DNA from: Heterodontus francisci
Taxonomy: Eukaryota
Reading direction: 5' to 3'
Assembly (NCBI RefSeq): GCF_036365525.1
Contig: NC_090371.1
Location: 104,442,649-104,506,648, forward strand
DNA length: 64,000 nucleotides
The notes under the pieces are model-generated. The model ran no database searches. It was not told the DNA's origin and saw only the letters and a list, made by a program, of their open reading frames with translations. A program made the translations under genes and the position numbers. Position 1 is the first letter of the stretch, and each line of letters starts with the position of its first letter. This document shows positions 24,132 through 37,375 of this stretch, piece after piece.

Positions 24132-24535
24132 AATAAAGAAGTTGCATTTCAAATAACACCTTTCATGATCTCAATGTCCCAAATCACTTCATAGCTAGTG
24201 AAGTACTTTTGAAGAGTAGTTACTGTTGAAATATTTGGAAATGCACAGCAAGATCCTGTAATCAACCATGAGATACATGATCATGTAACCTGTTTTAATA
24301 ATGGTTGAGGGATTTGACCAGGACACTAGGAGATCTCCCCATCTCCTCTTTGAATAGTGTCATGGGATCTTGTACAGTCACCTGTGGGGGCAGACGGGGG
24401 CTTGGATTAATGACTCCCTCTGAAAGATATCATCGCCCTCAGTACTGCAGTGAGGTGCATGCCTAGATTATGTGCACAAGTCTGGAGTAGGACTTGAACC
24501 CACAACCTTCTGACTTAGGTGAAACGAGGCTGGCA
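24132..24535 (-). mobile_element. SacSINE1/DeuSINE-type SINE, near full length
   Basis: L2-like tail (AAAGAAGTTGCATTT), central domain and GGACTTGAACCCACAACCTTCTGACT head. Confidence 0.78.
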
Positions 24536-25214
24536 TTGATTGTGAAACCAGTTCTCCACACACTGTTTTGGGAATCTGTTTTGTAAGATGCTTTATTTAT
24601 TGCAAATAGACACTCAGCACTAATGGGCAAGCTGTAAGTAAGAGGATTTTACAATTTTGCTTTTTTGTTCTTGTCATTAGAATTTTATTTTAAAGCAGTA
24701 AGAGATGGATCATGACCGGCTCATACAGGAGTGTTTTAGAGATTATTATAATACATCCTAAGTGGTATGTAGGTGTATAGATGTATTTTCCTACATTATT
24801 TAAAATACTTATAGTAAATATTACAGAATTTAGATAAATTGCCATTGTACAGTAACACAAGTTGGAGGTTGAAAATAAATTGACTACAACAATTTCCTAA
24901 TTTTCATTTTCAATATTGTAATATGCAGTTGGCCTGATCTTTGGTTTTATTAATTATTTTCAGTAATCCATCATGTGGGAGAGGAGATGATATCAGTGAG
25001 GGCTGTGGTGCAATGGTGATTATAAATCTAAACCGAAGCTTTCAACTGCATCTGACTTTCTTAAATTAAGGTCTTCTCTGAAAAGTTACCGGAGTGGAGG
25101 ATGTGTCTGTTTTGGTTCAGTGACAGTTTCTGACTGCCAGTTTAGTTGCGAATTTTTCTCTCTGGAGTAATTATTGAGTTAAAAAATAAATGCAGCTAAA
25201 TGTGATGCTGCAGC

Positions 25215-25673
25215 CCATGTCTTGCGCCAAATCCCATTCACCAATCACCCCTGTGCTTGTTGGCCCCTGGTTAAGCAACGCCTCGATGTTAAAATTCTCA
25301 TCCTTATTTTCAAATTTTTCCATTGCCTCACCCCTCCCTATCTCTGTAAACTCCTGCAGCCTCACAACCCTCCGAGATATCTGCACACCTCTAATTTCAG
25401 CCTCTTGAGCATCCCCGATTTCAATAATTCCACCATCAGTGGCCGTGCCTTCAGCTGTCCAGGCCCCAAGGCCTGGAATTCCCTCCCAACACCCCTCTCT
25501 GCATTGCTTTCCCCTTTTAAGATCCTCCTTAAAACCTACCTCTTTGACCAGGCTTTTGGTCATCTGCCCTAATATCTCCTTATGTGGCTCATTGTCAAAT
25601 TTTGTTAATGTGCCTCTGAAGCATCTTGGGGCACTTTAATATGTTAAAGGTGCTATGTAAAAGATATGCTTGT
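25215..25673 (+). mobile_element. L2 LINE 3' fragment
   Basis: PITPVL..WPLVKQRLDVKIL..PPYL..GRAFS..PKAWNSLP..FKILLKTYLFDQAF, a typical L2 ORF2 C-terminus; tail GAAGCATCTTGGG..AAAGGTGCTATGTAAA. Confidence 0.85.
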
Positions 25674-25736
25674 AGTGCTCAATTTATGCTTATAGTTTGT
25701 GGCAGACTGATCTGAGAAGTTAGTGATAAACTGCAT

Positions 25737-26120
25737 TTTTTTTTATTATTTAGGAATGGACAACAAATGTTGGCCTTGCCAATGACACCAACATCCCATG
25801 AATTTCCCTTGAAAACTGAGTGGCTTGCTAGGCCGTTTCAGAGGCTATAAAGAGTCAACCACATTGCTGAGAGTCTGGAGTCACATGTAGGCCAGATTTC
25901 CTTCCCTAAAGGACATTAGTGAACCTGATGGGTTTTTGTGACAATCGATGATCGTTTCGTGGCACCATTACTGAGACTAGCTTTCAATTCCATATTTTCA
26001 TTAATTAATTGAATTTAAATTCTACCAGATGCCATGGTGGGATTTGAACCAGTGTCCGCTGGGCATTAGCCTGGGCCTCTGGATTACAAGTTCAGTGACA
26101 GTAACTACATCACTGCCTCT
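25737..26120 (-). mobile_element. tRNA-derived SINE sharing its 3' tail with LINE family B
   Basis: Minus strand: B box GGTTCAAATCCC, body GGTTCACTAATGTCCTTTAGGGAAGGAAATC..GGCCTAGCAAGCCACTCAGTT..CAAGGG; the tail segment is inverted (see findings). Confidence 0.75.
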
Positions 26121-26799
26121 CTTATGGCTGGGAGTAGAAGGCAATACCAAAACTCACTACGAGCAGGTTGAGCAGGTAAAGCATTGCCCTTGTACAGTAC
26201 ACCACATTGGTTTAACTGTATTGATCAACTGTACTAGTAGAATTGTTAGGTTTGAGACGTCAATATAATTGTACACAAATTTGTGTGTGCAAGTTTTTAA
26301 GTTCATCTGCTTTGCAAAATAAATAATTTCGACAGCAACTGTAGAATGAGCCCAAGATAGAAAATGTAGCAAAGCAAGCTGGATTATGCCTGCTTCCCCG
26401 TTTCTCCTTTCATCCCCCTCTGCCCTCCTCCACCACAAACACCGAGAGAAAATTGTTGTGATTCATCCGAATGCCTCGTGGGCAGAGTTACTTTTTTGCC
26501 TAACTGGTCATTTAGATTTGTAGCTTGTAATCTGAAAATTTACAGATAATCTGGTATTTAATGTACTAGGCCTCTCCTTAAAAAAAATAAATAAACTGCA
26601 GTGGTAAATTGAGTGGCATGCTATCTATCATTTTGGGTCCTGGAGTTGGAATGAGTTATTTAGTGATCCATCAGCATAGCTTTTTATATATAAATCAAGA
26701 ACCATCTGTTTTTGCAAATTAATTCTTGTTTGAAGACATACTTAGGAATTGACCTGTTCAAGGTCCAAATGGTATTTTCATTTTATGGCTTCTTGCAGT

Positions 26800-29433
26800 C
26801 TAATGAAGCTGGGCAAGTGGATGAAGTAGCAGTGGGTGACCATTTTGGAGATAGTGACCATGATAGTTAGTTTTAGCATAATCATGGAAAAGGGCAAAGA
26901 TAAAACAGGAGCAAAGGTTCTAAATTGGGGGAAGGCAAATTTTACGAAATTGAGAGGTGACCTGGCAAAGGTGGACTGGATACAGCTACTTGAAGGAAAA
27001 TCAGTCGCAAGCAAGTGGGAGGCATTCAAAAGTGAGATCTACAGGTACAGTGCAGGCATGTCCCCACAAAGATAAAGGGTGGTATTGCCAAATGTAGAGC
27101 TCCCTGGTTATCTAGAAGCTTACAGGGCAAGTTAATGTAAACAAAAGGCTTATGATGATCACAAATATCTTAATACTTTAGAAAGCCTGGAGGAGTGCAG
27201 AAACTGCAGGGGTGAAGTAAAAAAGGAAATTAGAAAAGCAAAGAGAGGACATGAAGAATTATTGGCAGATAAAATCAAGGAAAACCCAAAAATATTTTAT
27301 TAGTACATTAAGAGTAAGAGGATAACTAAGGAAAGGGCAGGGCCTATCAGAGATGTACAGGGGAACTTGTGCCTGGATGCAGAAGATGTGGGCAGGGTTC
27401 TTAATGAGTTTTTTGTCCCTGTTTTCACAGAGGAGAGGGTTGATGCAGACATTGTAGTTAAAGAGGAGTGTGAAATATAAGATAAGATAAGCACAATGAG
27501 AGAGGAAGTGCTTGAGGGTCTGACATCCCTGAAAATGGATAAATCGCCAGAGCCGGATGTTTTGCATCCCTGGCTGTTAAAGGAAGCCAGGGAGGAAATA
27601 GCGGATGCACTGAGGATCATCTTCAAATCCTCACCAGATACAGGCCAAGGTACCAGATGATTGGAGGTCTGCGAATGTTGTACTATTGTTTAAAAAGGGT
27701 GCGAGGGATAAGCCAGGTAATTATAGACCAGTCAGTCTGACCTTGGTGGTGGGTAAATTGTTAGAATCTATTCTGAGGGACAGGATAAACTGTCACTTTA
27801 GAAAGGCATGGATTAATCAGGGATAGTTAGCATGAATTTGTTAAGAGAAGGTCATGTCTTACTAACTTGATTGAGTTTTTTTGAGAAAGTGACCAGGAGG
27901 ATTGATGAGGGTAGTGCAGTGGATGTGCTTTGCATGGATTTTAGTAAGGCATTTGACAAGGTCCTGCATGACAGACTGGTCAGTAAAATGAAAGCCCATG
28001 GGATACAGGGGAAGATGGCAGGTTGGATCTAGAATTGGCTCAGTGACCGGAAACAAAGGGTAGTAGTCCACGGATGTTTTTTGTGAATGGAAAACCGTTT
28101 CCAGTGTTCCAGTTTGGACTTAAATGTGGGAGGCATGATTGGGAAATTTTCTGATGACACAAAAATTGGTCATGTAGTTAATAGTGAGGAGGAGAGTCGT
28201 GAACTCCAGAATGATATCAATGGTTTGGTTGAGTGGGTGGAAAAATGGCAAATGGAATTCAGTCCTGAGAAGTGTGAGGTGATGGATTTGGGGAGGGCAA
28301 ATAAAGCGAGGGAATATAAAATAAATGGGAGGATATTGAGAGGGGTAGAAGAAGTGAGAGACCTTGGAGTGCAGGTCCACAGGTCCCTGAAGGTGGCAAG
28401 ACAGGTGGATAGAGTGGTGAAGAAGGCATATGGATTGCTTTCCTTTATTGGCTGAGGTATTGAATACAAAAGCAGGGATGTGATGCTGGAGCTGTATAGA
28501 GCGCTGGTTAGGCCGCAGCTGTAGGACTGCTTGCAGTTCTGGTCACCACATTGCAGGAAGAACGTAATTGCTCTGGAGACAGTACAGAGGAGATTTTCAA
28601 GGATGTTGCCGGACTTGAGGGTTGCTGCTATGGGGAAAGATTGGATAGGTTGGAGTTGTTTTCCCTGGGATTGAGGAGGCTGAGGGGTGACTTGATTGAG
28701 GTGTCCAAAATTTGAGTGGCCTGGGTAGAGTAAACATAGAAGCATAGAAAAATAGGAGCAGGAGTAGGCGATTTGGCCCTTTGAGCTTGCTCCGCCATTC
28801 AATACCATCATGGCTGATCATCCAATCTCAGTAACCTGTTCCTGCTTTCACCTCGAATCCCATTAGCCCTAAGAACTATATCTAACTCTTTCTTGAATAT
28901 ATTTAATGATTTAGCCTCAACTGCTTTCCGTGGTAGAGAATTCCACAGGTTCACCACTCTCTGGGTGAAGAAATCTCTCCTCATCTCAGTCTTAAATGGC
29001 TTACCCCGTATCCTTAGACTGTATCCCCTGGTCCTGGACTCCCCTGCCATCGGGAACATCCCTGCATCTAGTCTGCCCAGTCCTGTTAGAATTTTGTAGA
29101 CTGAAAGGATCTGTTTCCCTTGGCAGGGAGGTCGGTTACCAGGGGACACAGATTTAAGGTGATTGGTAGAAGGATTAGAGGGGACATGAGGAGAAACTTT
29201 TTCCGCCAGAGTGTGGCGGGTGTCTGGAATTCACTGCCAGAGTCAGTGGTGGAGGCAGAAACCCTCAATTCTTTTAAAAGGTACCTGGACATACACCTAA
29301 GGTGCTGTAACCTGCAGGGCTATGGACCAGGTGCTGGAAGGTGGGATTAGTTTGGGTGGATAGTTTATTCGGCCGGCACGGACACGATGGGCTGAATGGC
29401 CTCCTCCTGTGCTGTATTTTTTTCTATGTTCTA
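26800..29433 (+). mobile_element. Decayed CR1 LINE (end of APE to 3' tail)
   Basis: KVLNWGKANF, NYRPVSL, KFSDDTKIG, GHRFKVIGRR..WNSLPESVV; many stops; interrupted at 28733-29098. Confidence 0.9.
28733..29098 (-). mobile_element. CR1 3' fragment nested antisense within CR1
   Basis: ACATAGAAGCATAGAA tail; ORF 28808-29149 FFTQRVVNLWNSLP; imperfect flanks GTAAAC/GTAGAC. Confidence 0.88.
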
Positions 29434-29479
29434 AGGCGCTGCACAATTGACTGCTTAATGCCAAGACCCTGTTAATTAT

Positions 29480-30107
29480 GGAAAGGTGGGGAGGGAGCAG
29501 GAGCACTTGTTTGGGGTTGAGGAAGAGACAGAAAGGAATTCAGGGAATACAGAGGCCCTGCTGGATTTAACAGTCGGACTGCTGTCATTTTTCTATTTCG
29601 TTGGCAGCCAGACAGATTGAAAGGCTTGGCCGGGGGCAGGGTGGACGTGAAGAGAAAGTTGGACCAACATTCTGGAGGGAGGTGGTCTGGGAGCAATTGT
29701 GAGGTTGGTGGGATGTAGGGTGAGGGGGAGGAGAGGGTGAAATTTGCTTGAGGGGACAGAGAAAGTACTCCTCCTGATCCATAAGCAATGCTCTCGCAAC
29801 CATTTACTTGCTGGATCCGGCTGCTTGCACCTCCCTGTAGCTGCCGGGTTTTCCCTGTGAGTCCTGGGAAAACAGACTGCCCAGCATTAAATTCAAATGG
29901 CTGACACAAATTAATGGAATCTCGTTAGCATTTTATAAACACGGACCTGCCTCTCTAGAATGGGTTGCCCGGATGCCGTCAAACAGCTGTGGTTAAAATA
30001 AAAGTAGGCCTATTTGTGGCGGGTTGGAGTTGGATTTTGCATATTTGCCATTTTTAAACCCCTGACCCTCTCTTGCCCGTCATGAGGTGGGGGTTAAAAT
30101 TCGCCCC
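29480..30107. mobile_element. Probable decayed Harbinger-type MITE
   Basis: GC-rich block ending GGGGTTAAAATTCGCCC, similar in style to the terminus at 640-652; left TIR not found. Confidence 0.3.
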
Positions 30108-31520
30108 CTCCACCACAAGTACAATGAACATATGTCTAGCTGGAAGCCTAGGTTAGTTTCTACACCATTCCCTCTGCCCCCAAGATGCTGCTAGAAATTT
30201 AAAGAGGTTGGAAATACACTGTAACTGAGGTATCATTTTTATTCCATAAGTAATTGACACAAAATTGCTAATGAGCACAAAAGTGGGATAAGAATGGTGT
30301 TTATACAGTGAATAAACAATTTATTTCAAATCTTGAAATTGAGTGAGGTCTAATTATAAGCACATGGGATGCTTTTAATACACCCTATAGACATGAGGTG
30401 GTTTCCCCCCTTATCAGAATTGCTGATTCCTCTTGAGCAGGCAGTATGAATAAATAATTCAGGCTTTTATAACTCTGACAATGTGATTGTTTTAATTAAT
30501 AGGCCAATATGGTGGTGTGATGTTTGAAGTCATCTTCCTGGTCCGTTTGGCCTTTGATTCCAGGCTTTTGCCAATCTAGTCATTAGTTGACTGCTCAGAA
30601 CACATTTCCTAACAGCCTGATGACATCCTCCTCTCTCCAGTTTCATTGGGGAAGCACCTGGTGTCAAGTTGGTACCTCCCCACTACATAATGGCTCAGAT
30701 CAGGAGCTTGGTGTGGCCATTTATCAAGCCCAAGAGGCCTCATTGCTGTGACATAGCACATTGGTACAGAAACGCATTGAAGCTGCTTGGCATTTCCTCT
30801 GCTTCAAGATAGAGCAAGCAAGGAGGGAGGGAGAAAACCCTTTGAAAACACTTGCATAAAAATAAACTTGACATTTATTTCGATATCTGAGTATGTAAAT
30901 GTTGGTTGATGCAACTGGAATCATAAAATCTGTGGGCCCTGCTGTTCATTATTAAAATTGAGCATACTCCAATTGGTAAGAAGAAATATTTCTCAGCTTG
31001 CTTGGAAACCTAGTGCTATTTATGAAATTCAAGTTCACAAGTTCCTGTTATCTGGGCAAAACCTTCCAGTGGAGTTGGCTGCTTTTCCAAAAAAAAAGCG
31101 GGAAGGGAAAATTGGATGAAATAACACCCCTCTGAATTATTGTAATTTGGTTGTGAAAGGTTCAAACACAGCACTGGGGAGAGTCATTGGAGCCAGGAGA
31201 CTTGTCCCTTTGTCTAATGGTGACCCTGGTAGGCGACTACTGGGTTTGGGATGGGAAGAGCAGGAAAGGGGGCATGTTCTTCTCTGCTGATGATAGCAGA
31301 CTTTGAAGTTTCAAGGAGCAAGTCTTCCTTTCTTGAGATAAACTGACACTTGAAATATGTGCAGTAGGTTCACAGAAGGGTGTTAAAAGAAGTTTAACAT
31401 TTTAGATTGACTTGGAATTAGTTACAGGGAAACCATATGACCATTGTATATAATGTGCTTGTATAATAAAGTCATGCTTCATTTCAAATCTGGGCATTAT
31501 CTGATGAAATTCAAAATGAG

Positions 31521-33205
31521 TTTTTTTTATTCATTCATGTGATGTGGGCGTTGCTGGCTAGGCCAGCATTTATTGCCCATCCTTAATTGCCCTTGAGAAG
31601 GTAGTGGTGAGCTGCCTTCTTGAACCGCAGCAGTCCATGTGAAGTAGGTACACCTGCAGTGCTGTTAGAAAGGGAGTTCCAGGATCTTGACCCAGCGACA
31701 GTGAAGGAACGGTGATATAGTTCCAAGTCAGGATGGTGTGTGAGTTGCATGGGAACTTGCAGGTGGTGGCAGTCCATGCAACTGCTGCCCTTGTCCTTCT
31801 AGTTGGTAGAGGTCACGGATTTGGAAGGAGCCTTGGTGTGTTGCTGCAGTGCATCTTGTAGATGGTACACACTGCTGCCACTGTGCATCAGTGGTGGAGG
31901 GAGTGAATTTTTGTGAATGGTGTGCCAATTAAGTGGGCTGCTATGTCCTGGATGGTGTCATACTTTGAGTGTTGTTGGAGCTGCACCCATCCAGGCGAGT
32001 GGAGAGTATTCCATCTCACTCCTGACTTGTGCCTTGTAGATGGTGGACAGGTTTTGGGGAGTCAGGAGGTGAGTTACTCGCCGCAGGATTCCTAGCCTCT
32101 GACCTGCTCTTGTAGCCACGGTATTTATATGGCTACTCCAGTTCAGTTTTTGGTCAATGGTAGCCCCTAGGATGTTGATATTGGCGGATTCAGCGATCGT
32201 AATGCCGTTGAATGTCAAGGGGAGATGGTTAGATTCTCTCTTGTTGGAGATGGTCATTGCCTGGTACTTTTGTGGAGCGAATGTTCCTTGCCACTTATCA
32301 GCCCAAGCCTGGATATTGTCCAGGTCTTGCTGCATTTCTGCACGGACTGCTTCAGTACCTGAGGAGTCGCGAATGGTGCTGAACATTGTGCAATCATCAG
32401 CGAACATCCCCACATCTGATCTTATGATTGAAGGAAGGTCATTGATGAAGCAGCTGAAGATGATTGGGCCTAGGACACTACCCTGAGGAACTCCTGCAGT
32501 GATGTCTGAAGCTCAGATGATTGACCTACAACAACGACGACCATCTTCCTTTGTGCTAGGTATAACTCCAACCAGCGGAGTGTTTTCCCCCGGATTCCCA
32601 TTGACCTCAGTTTTGCTAGGGCTCCTTGATGCCATACTCTGTCAAATGCTGCCTTGATGTCAAGGGCAGTCACTCTCACCTCACCTCTTGAGTTCAGCTC
32701 TTTTGTCCATGTTTGAACCAAGGCTGTAATGAGATCAGAAGCTGAGTGGCCCTGGCGGAACCCAAACTGAGCGGCACTGAGCACGTTATTGCTAAGCAAG
32801 TGCCGCTTGATGGCACTGTTGATGACACCTTCCATCACTTTACTGATGATTGAGAGTAGACTGCTGGGGCGGTAATTGCCTGGTGGACTTGACCTGATTT
32901 TTGTGTACAGGACATACCTGGGCAATTTTCCACATTGCCGGATAGATGCCAGTGTTGTAGCTGTACTGGAACAGCTTGACTAGGGGTGCAGCAAGTTCTG
33001 GGGCACAGGTCTTCATTACTGTTGCCGGAATATTGTCAGGGCCCATAACCTTTGCAGTATCCAGTGTCTTCAGTCGTTTCTTGATATCACGCGGAGTGAA
33101 TCGAATTGGCTGAAGTCTGACATCTGTGATGCTGGGGACTTCAGCAGGAGGCCGAGATGGATCATCATCTCGGCACTTCTGGCTGAAGATCGTTGTAAAT
33201 GCAGC
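31521..33205 (-). mobile_element. LINE 'family B', RT domain to 3' end
   Basis: MGPDNIP, NYRPSSLLS, QFGFRQGHS, LDIKAAFDRVWH, MFADDCT, YKAQVRSEMEY across ORFs 32840-33316, 32470-32925 and 31958-32413. Confidence 0.92.
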
Positions 33206-34829
33206 GATTTTTTTTCTGGTCACAATCCCTTCTGTCAGGAGAAACCAATAGCTACTAGTGCTACTGCATTGAACTGTCAAATGGAATACTTGAATTTTGA
33301 TCCTATATGAACTCATTTTCCTTCCATCTGTCCATTACATTACGTCCACATCCACTGGGACAGCAGTAACATTTTTTTTTCGTGGTTCTCCACTTGCTGA
33401 ATTACCAGCACATTTGCTGTTCTGAGTGAAGATACTGTAGGCAAGTTATTGAGAAATGACAAAATGACGGTGTAAATATTTGACTGAAATTTGTTTTGCT
33501 CTGACAGCACTTTAAATTTCTTTTAATGTGTTGTGAATCTGCATTGAGCTGTCTGATCATTTTCCTGTTAAGTATGTTTGCAACATCTGAGGGTATGGCG
33601 TTGGAGAGGAAAAATTAACCTACTGGTAGGAAATGTTACTGTCTGTGAAATCGTAAGATGCTACCCATAGTTCTATGATTCACAGAATTGTGAACTATAC
33701 ATGCTATACTCCAGAAGAGGTAGTTTTTTCTCCCTTTTAATAAATGCCGAGCTCTCTGTATTCAATGAAAGATTGTCTCACGCAGTCACACACCTGGACT
33801 TTTTTTTTTAAAAAAGCCCATCTATTCCCAGATTACCACTTTAAAAGAACTACTCGCTTTTTGTATCATCAGTCCTGAAAAACTTTGGGCTAGATTAGGA
33901 AGTAACTCATTCAGTAACTGCCTTCTGGAGATTTGTTTTGTCCTTGGGAATTGATGCATGCCTCCATTCCTATCTCTTTGGCTCGTGGTATTTCTGATCA
34001 TGTGATTACCACAGACTGATTGCTGCTGGCCCCTCTCCTACTCCATTTACAAACTTTGTTGTTGCCTGAACTCAGGCAATTCTCCTGGGGCCCCGAGGCT
34101 GTACCTTCCTGCAGCCTCCACCCTTGCACTGGTCACATCAGATAATCACCTACCTCCTGCTTCCATTTGGGCCTTCTGTGCCTTCTGATGACTTTTCCTG
34201 GAGGAAAGGGGCCTTCCCTGCCTGGGGGTAGCCTAGAGGCATAATGTACCTGTTGATATCGAAATCAATGACCTTGGCTGCCGACCAAAGTACCCATTCC
34301 CCACACTTATGAATAAAACATGTAATTACTTTGATACTTAATGGAACTGAGTTTATTTTTCTCATTGAACTACTGTGACTTTTTATCGAAAGAGTTTAAT
34401 AACAGCCTGCTTATGCATGGAATTGGGGTCTGATTTGCTAAATTTAACTTTGGTGACTGGGACTGATCCCCAAATTATTCTAAATGATCTTTCATTTTTT
34501 ACCCTGTTAAAAACCTTTTTCGTAATTTTGACAATTTCTTACTGGCTCTTCTCCCTTAATTCTTTTGGATTTCGTAGAAAAAAAAATTTCAACTGCTTAT
34601 GGAGAATCCTTTTCATTCTTGGTGTTTTAGTGTCTCTTCGTTGTATCATTTGTCATAGCTCTAATATTCTTCCTATAATGGGGTGCAAAAGACTGTGGCC
34701 AAACTGATGATTTGTACTAATGCAAGATTTATATAAGATGTTAAACTGAGTGAAACGAGGCTCTGCACACCTCAAATACCTAATGGAGGAGCAAAAATAA
34801 AGCATTTGTGGGAAGTTTATTTTTCGCTT

Positions 34830-35335
34830 CAGCAGTTCAAAGAAGGTTTACTAGTCTTAACACCTGGAATGGGCAGGTTGTCATATGAGGAAAGGTTGGA
34901 TAGGCCAGGCTTGTATTGGCTGGAGTTTAGAAGAGTAAGAAGCGACTTGATTGAAACATATAAGATGCTGAGGGGTCTTGACAGGGTGGATGTGGAAAGG
35001 ATGTTTCCTCTTGTGGGAGAATCTAGAACTAGGGACCACTGTTCAAAAATAAGGGGTCACCCATTTAAGACAGAGATGAGGAGAAATGTTTTCTCTCAGA
35101 GGGTCGTGAGTCTTTGGAACTCTCTTCCTCAAAAGGCAGTGGAAGCAGAGTCTTTGAATATTTTTAAGGCAGCGGTAAATAGATTCTTGATGAGCATGGG
35201 GGTGAAAGGTTATCGGGGGTAGGCGGGCTGTGCAGTTGAGGTTACAATCAGATCAGCCATGATCTTCTTGAATGGCGGAGCAGGCTCGAGGGGCCGAGCG
35301 GCCTACTCCAGCTCATAATTTGTATGTTCGTATAT
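34830..35335 (+). mobile_element. CR1 3' fragment
   Basis: ORF 34806-35222 LSYEERL..DLIETYK..SQRVVSLWNSLP; CR1 3' UTR. Confidence 0.88.
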
Positions 35336-35974
35336 AACAAAATAGAAATACAAATTGAAGGAAACAGTTAAAGGAAGAGAGAGAGCATTTTTATTTTTGT
35401 TTGCCAGCAATACCACAGGGTATCAGCTAGTAAATTTATCATTCATTTAAATATTCCTAGATAGTAACAGTTGACATATAAACATACATACTTATTTTAA
35501 GACTCTTTCACAATGATTTTAATTACATTCTAACATGCAGCTGTTGGGTGTTTGAGAACAGGTGGCCCTTGGTGTTGCTTTGAACAGTCTTCCTTAATGA
35601 AGATGAGCAGTGGTCTGAGTGCATAAGTCTAACTGAGCTTTTGCTGATGAATAATAACCTATATATGTAAGATAATTATTGTAGGTATATCTTTGAGAAG
35701 AAAAAGAAGCAACAGGGGACTGCAGAGATGAATTACACGCTAGAGGAAAAGTAGAATTATTTTGCATTTTGAAAGTTTAATTGGCTGAGTGCTTCAGTGT
35801 CTATATATTGGAAGCTAGTGCCACCACCCTTCCTTCCTATTTCAGCAATGAGGGCACAATGCTCTGTCCCACTTATTTTTCTGGGACGACGATTCATGCA
35901 TGTTATTCAACCAGTAGTTAGTTCTTGTTCCTTCCCAACTCATCCCAAATGTTCTTCTATGTATAATCAATTGA

Positions 35975-36392
35975 CCTTACTTGGCTCAGTGGTTGTACTT
36001 TTACCTCTGATTCAGAAGGTTGTGGGTTAAACCCCATTCCAGAGGCTTGAACGCAATTTATGCTGATACTTCAGTGAAGTACGAGGGAGTGCCATAGTGT
36101 TGGGAGGTGCTGTCTTTCAGATGAAACATTAAACTGGTATCTGTCCTCTTTGATGGATGTAAAAGATTCCATGGGGCTGCTCTGAGCAGGGGAGTTCTCC
36201 TGTTATCCTGGCCAACATTCATCTTTCAAACAAGGCCATCAAAAACAAATGATCTAGTTGTTATCCAGGGCCTTGTGTGTGCCGATTGGCTGCTTTATTT
36301 CGCTATGTGACTACACTTCAAAAGTACCTCATTGGCTGTGAAAACAGTTTGAGATTGTAGAAAATGCTATTATAAATGCAAGTTCTTTCTTA
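35975..36392 (+). mobile_element. SacSINE1/DeuSINE-type SINE, full length
   Basis: A box TGGCTCAGTGG, decayed B box GGGTTAAACCC, central domain, L2-like tail TATAAATGCAAGTTCTTTCTT. Confidence 0.8.
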
Positions 36393-36939
36393 CTTGAATT
36401 AGGCATGTTGTACAACGAAGTCAAAGAGAGCTTGAATGCTTGTGTTTGAGATTGAAGCACTGTAGTCTGTTGTGGGTCCAGTGTCACCTGCTGGAGCCCA
36501 GTTGGTACAGACGTTATCATGGTTTGATACACTCTGCTATTTGTATTTAGAATGTCTAGGTAGGAACAAAATTCAGTACACCCTATTCAAACTTTCCTAA
36601 GGTAATGTTTGTTTAGTGCTTCAAAAAATTTGATGTTTTCAGCAATATGAAGTAGCAAGCAACTTTTTTTTATTTACAATCCTATCGTTATGTGTATCTT
36701 GAGCACAAAGCCTTATGAGTATAAATGACAACATTTGTCAAACACTGCATGAATGCAAACAGCGTTTAAATAGGAGCCAATATGGTCAAAAGCCGAATTA
36801 CAGAAACAGAACATTGCTGATGATGTAGAAATATAGTCCTTTAAAGACTAAAACTGTTTTGCAGAAATGGCTAGATTTTTCATTTGTAGATAGATAATTT
36901 AAGCAAATATAGTAAGTAAGCAATAAAAGTCATGTCCTT

Positions 36940-37375
36940 GCTGGCTCTCAACAAGAGCAACTAAACTAGTCCCACTCCCTCGCCCTTTCCCCATAGCCCT
37001 GCAAATTGTTTCTCTTTAAGTTATCCAGTTCCCCTTTGAAAGCCACAATTGAATCTGCCTCCATGGCACACTCAGGCAGTGCATTCCAGATCCTAATCAC
37101 TTGCTACATAAAAATGTTTTTCCTCATGTTGGTTCTTTTGCCAATTGCCTTAAATCTGTGACCTTTGGCTCTTGACTCTTCCACCAATGGGAACAAATTC
37201 TTTCTCTCTACTGTGTCTAGACTCCTCATGATTTTGAACTCCTCTATCAAATCTCCTCTCAACCTCCTCTTCTGTAAGGAGAACAGCCCCAGCTTTCCCA
37301 ATTCTGTCCACGTAACTGAACTCCCTCATCTCTGCTGGTACCATTCTCCGAGATCTTTCCTGCACCCACTCTAAA
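36940..37375 (-). mobile_element. CR1 3' fragment
   Basis: LGLFSLQKRRLRGDLIE..GHRFKAIGKR. Confidence 0.85.

Noticed and set aside
34130-34300. Possible second Harbinger Myb remnant on the minus strand (REGPFPPGK..PKWKQEV)
   Set aside because: Too degenerate, with no TIRs and no QC.K.ND motif.
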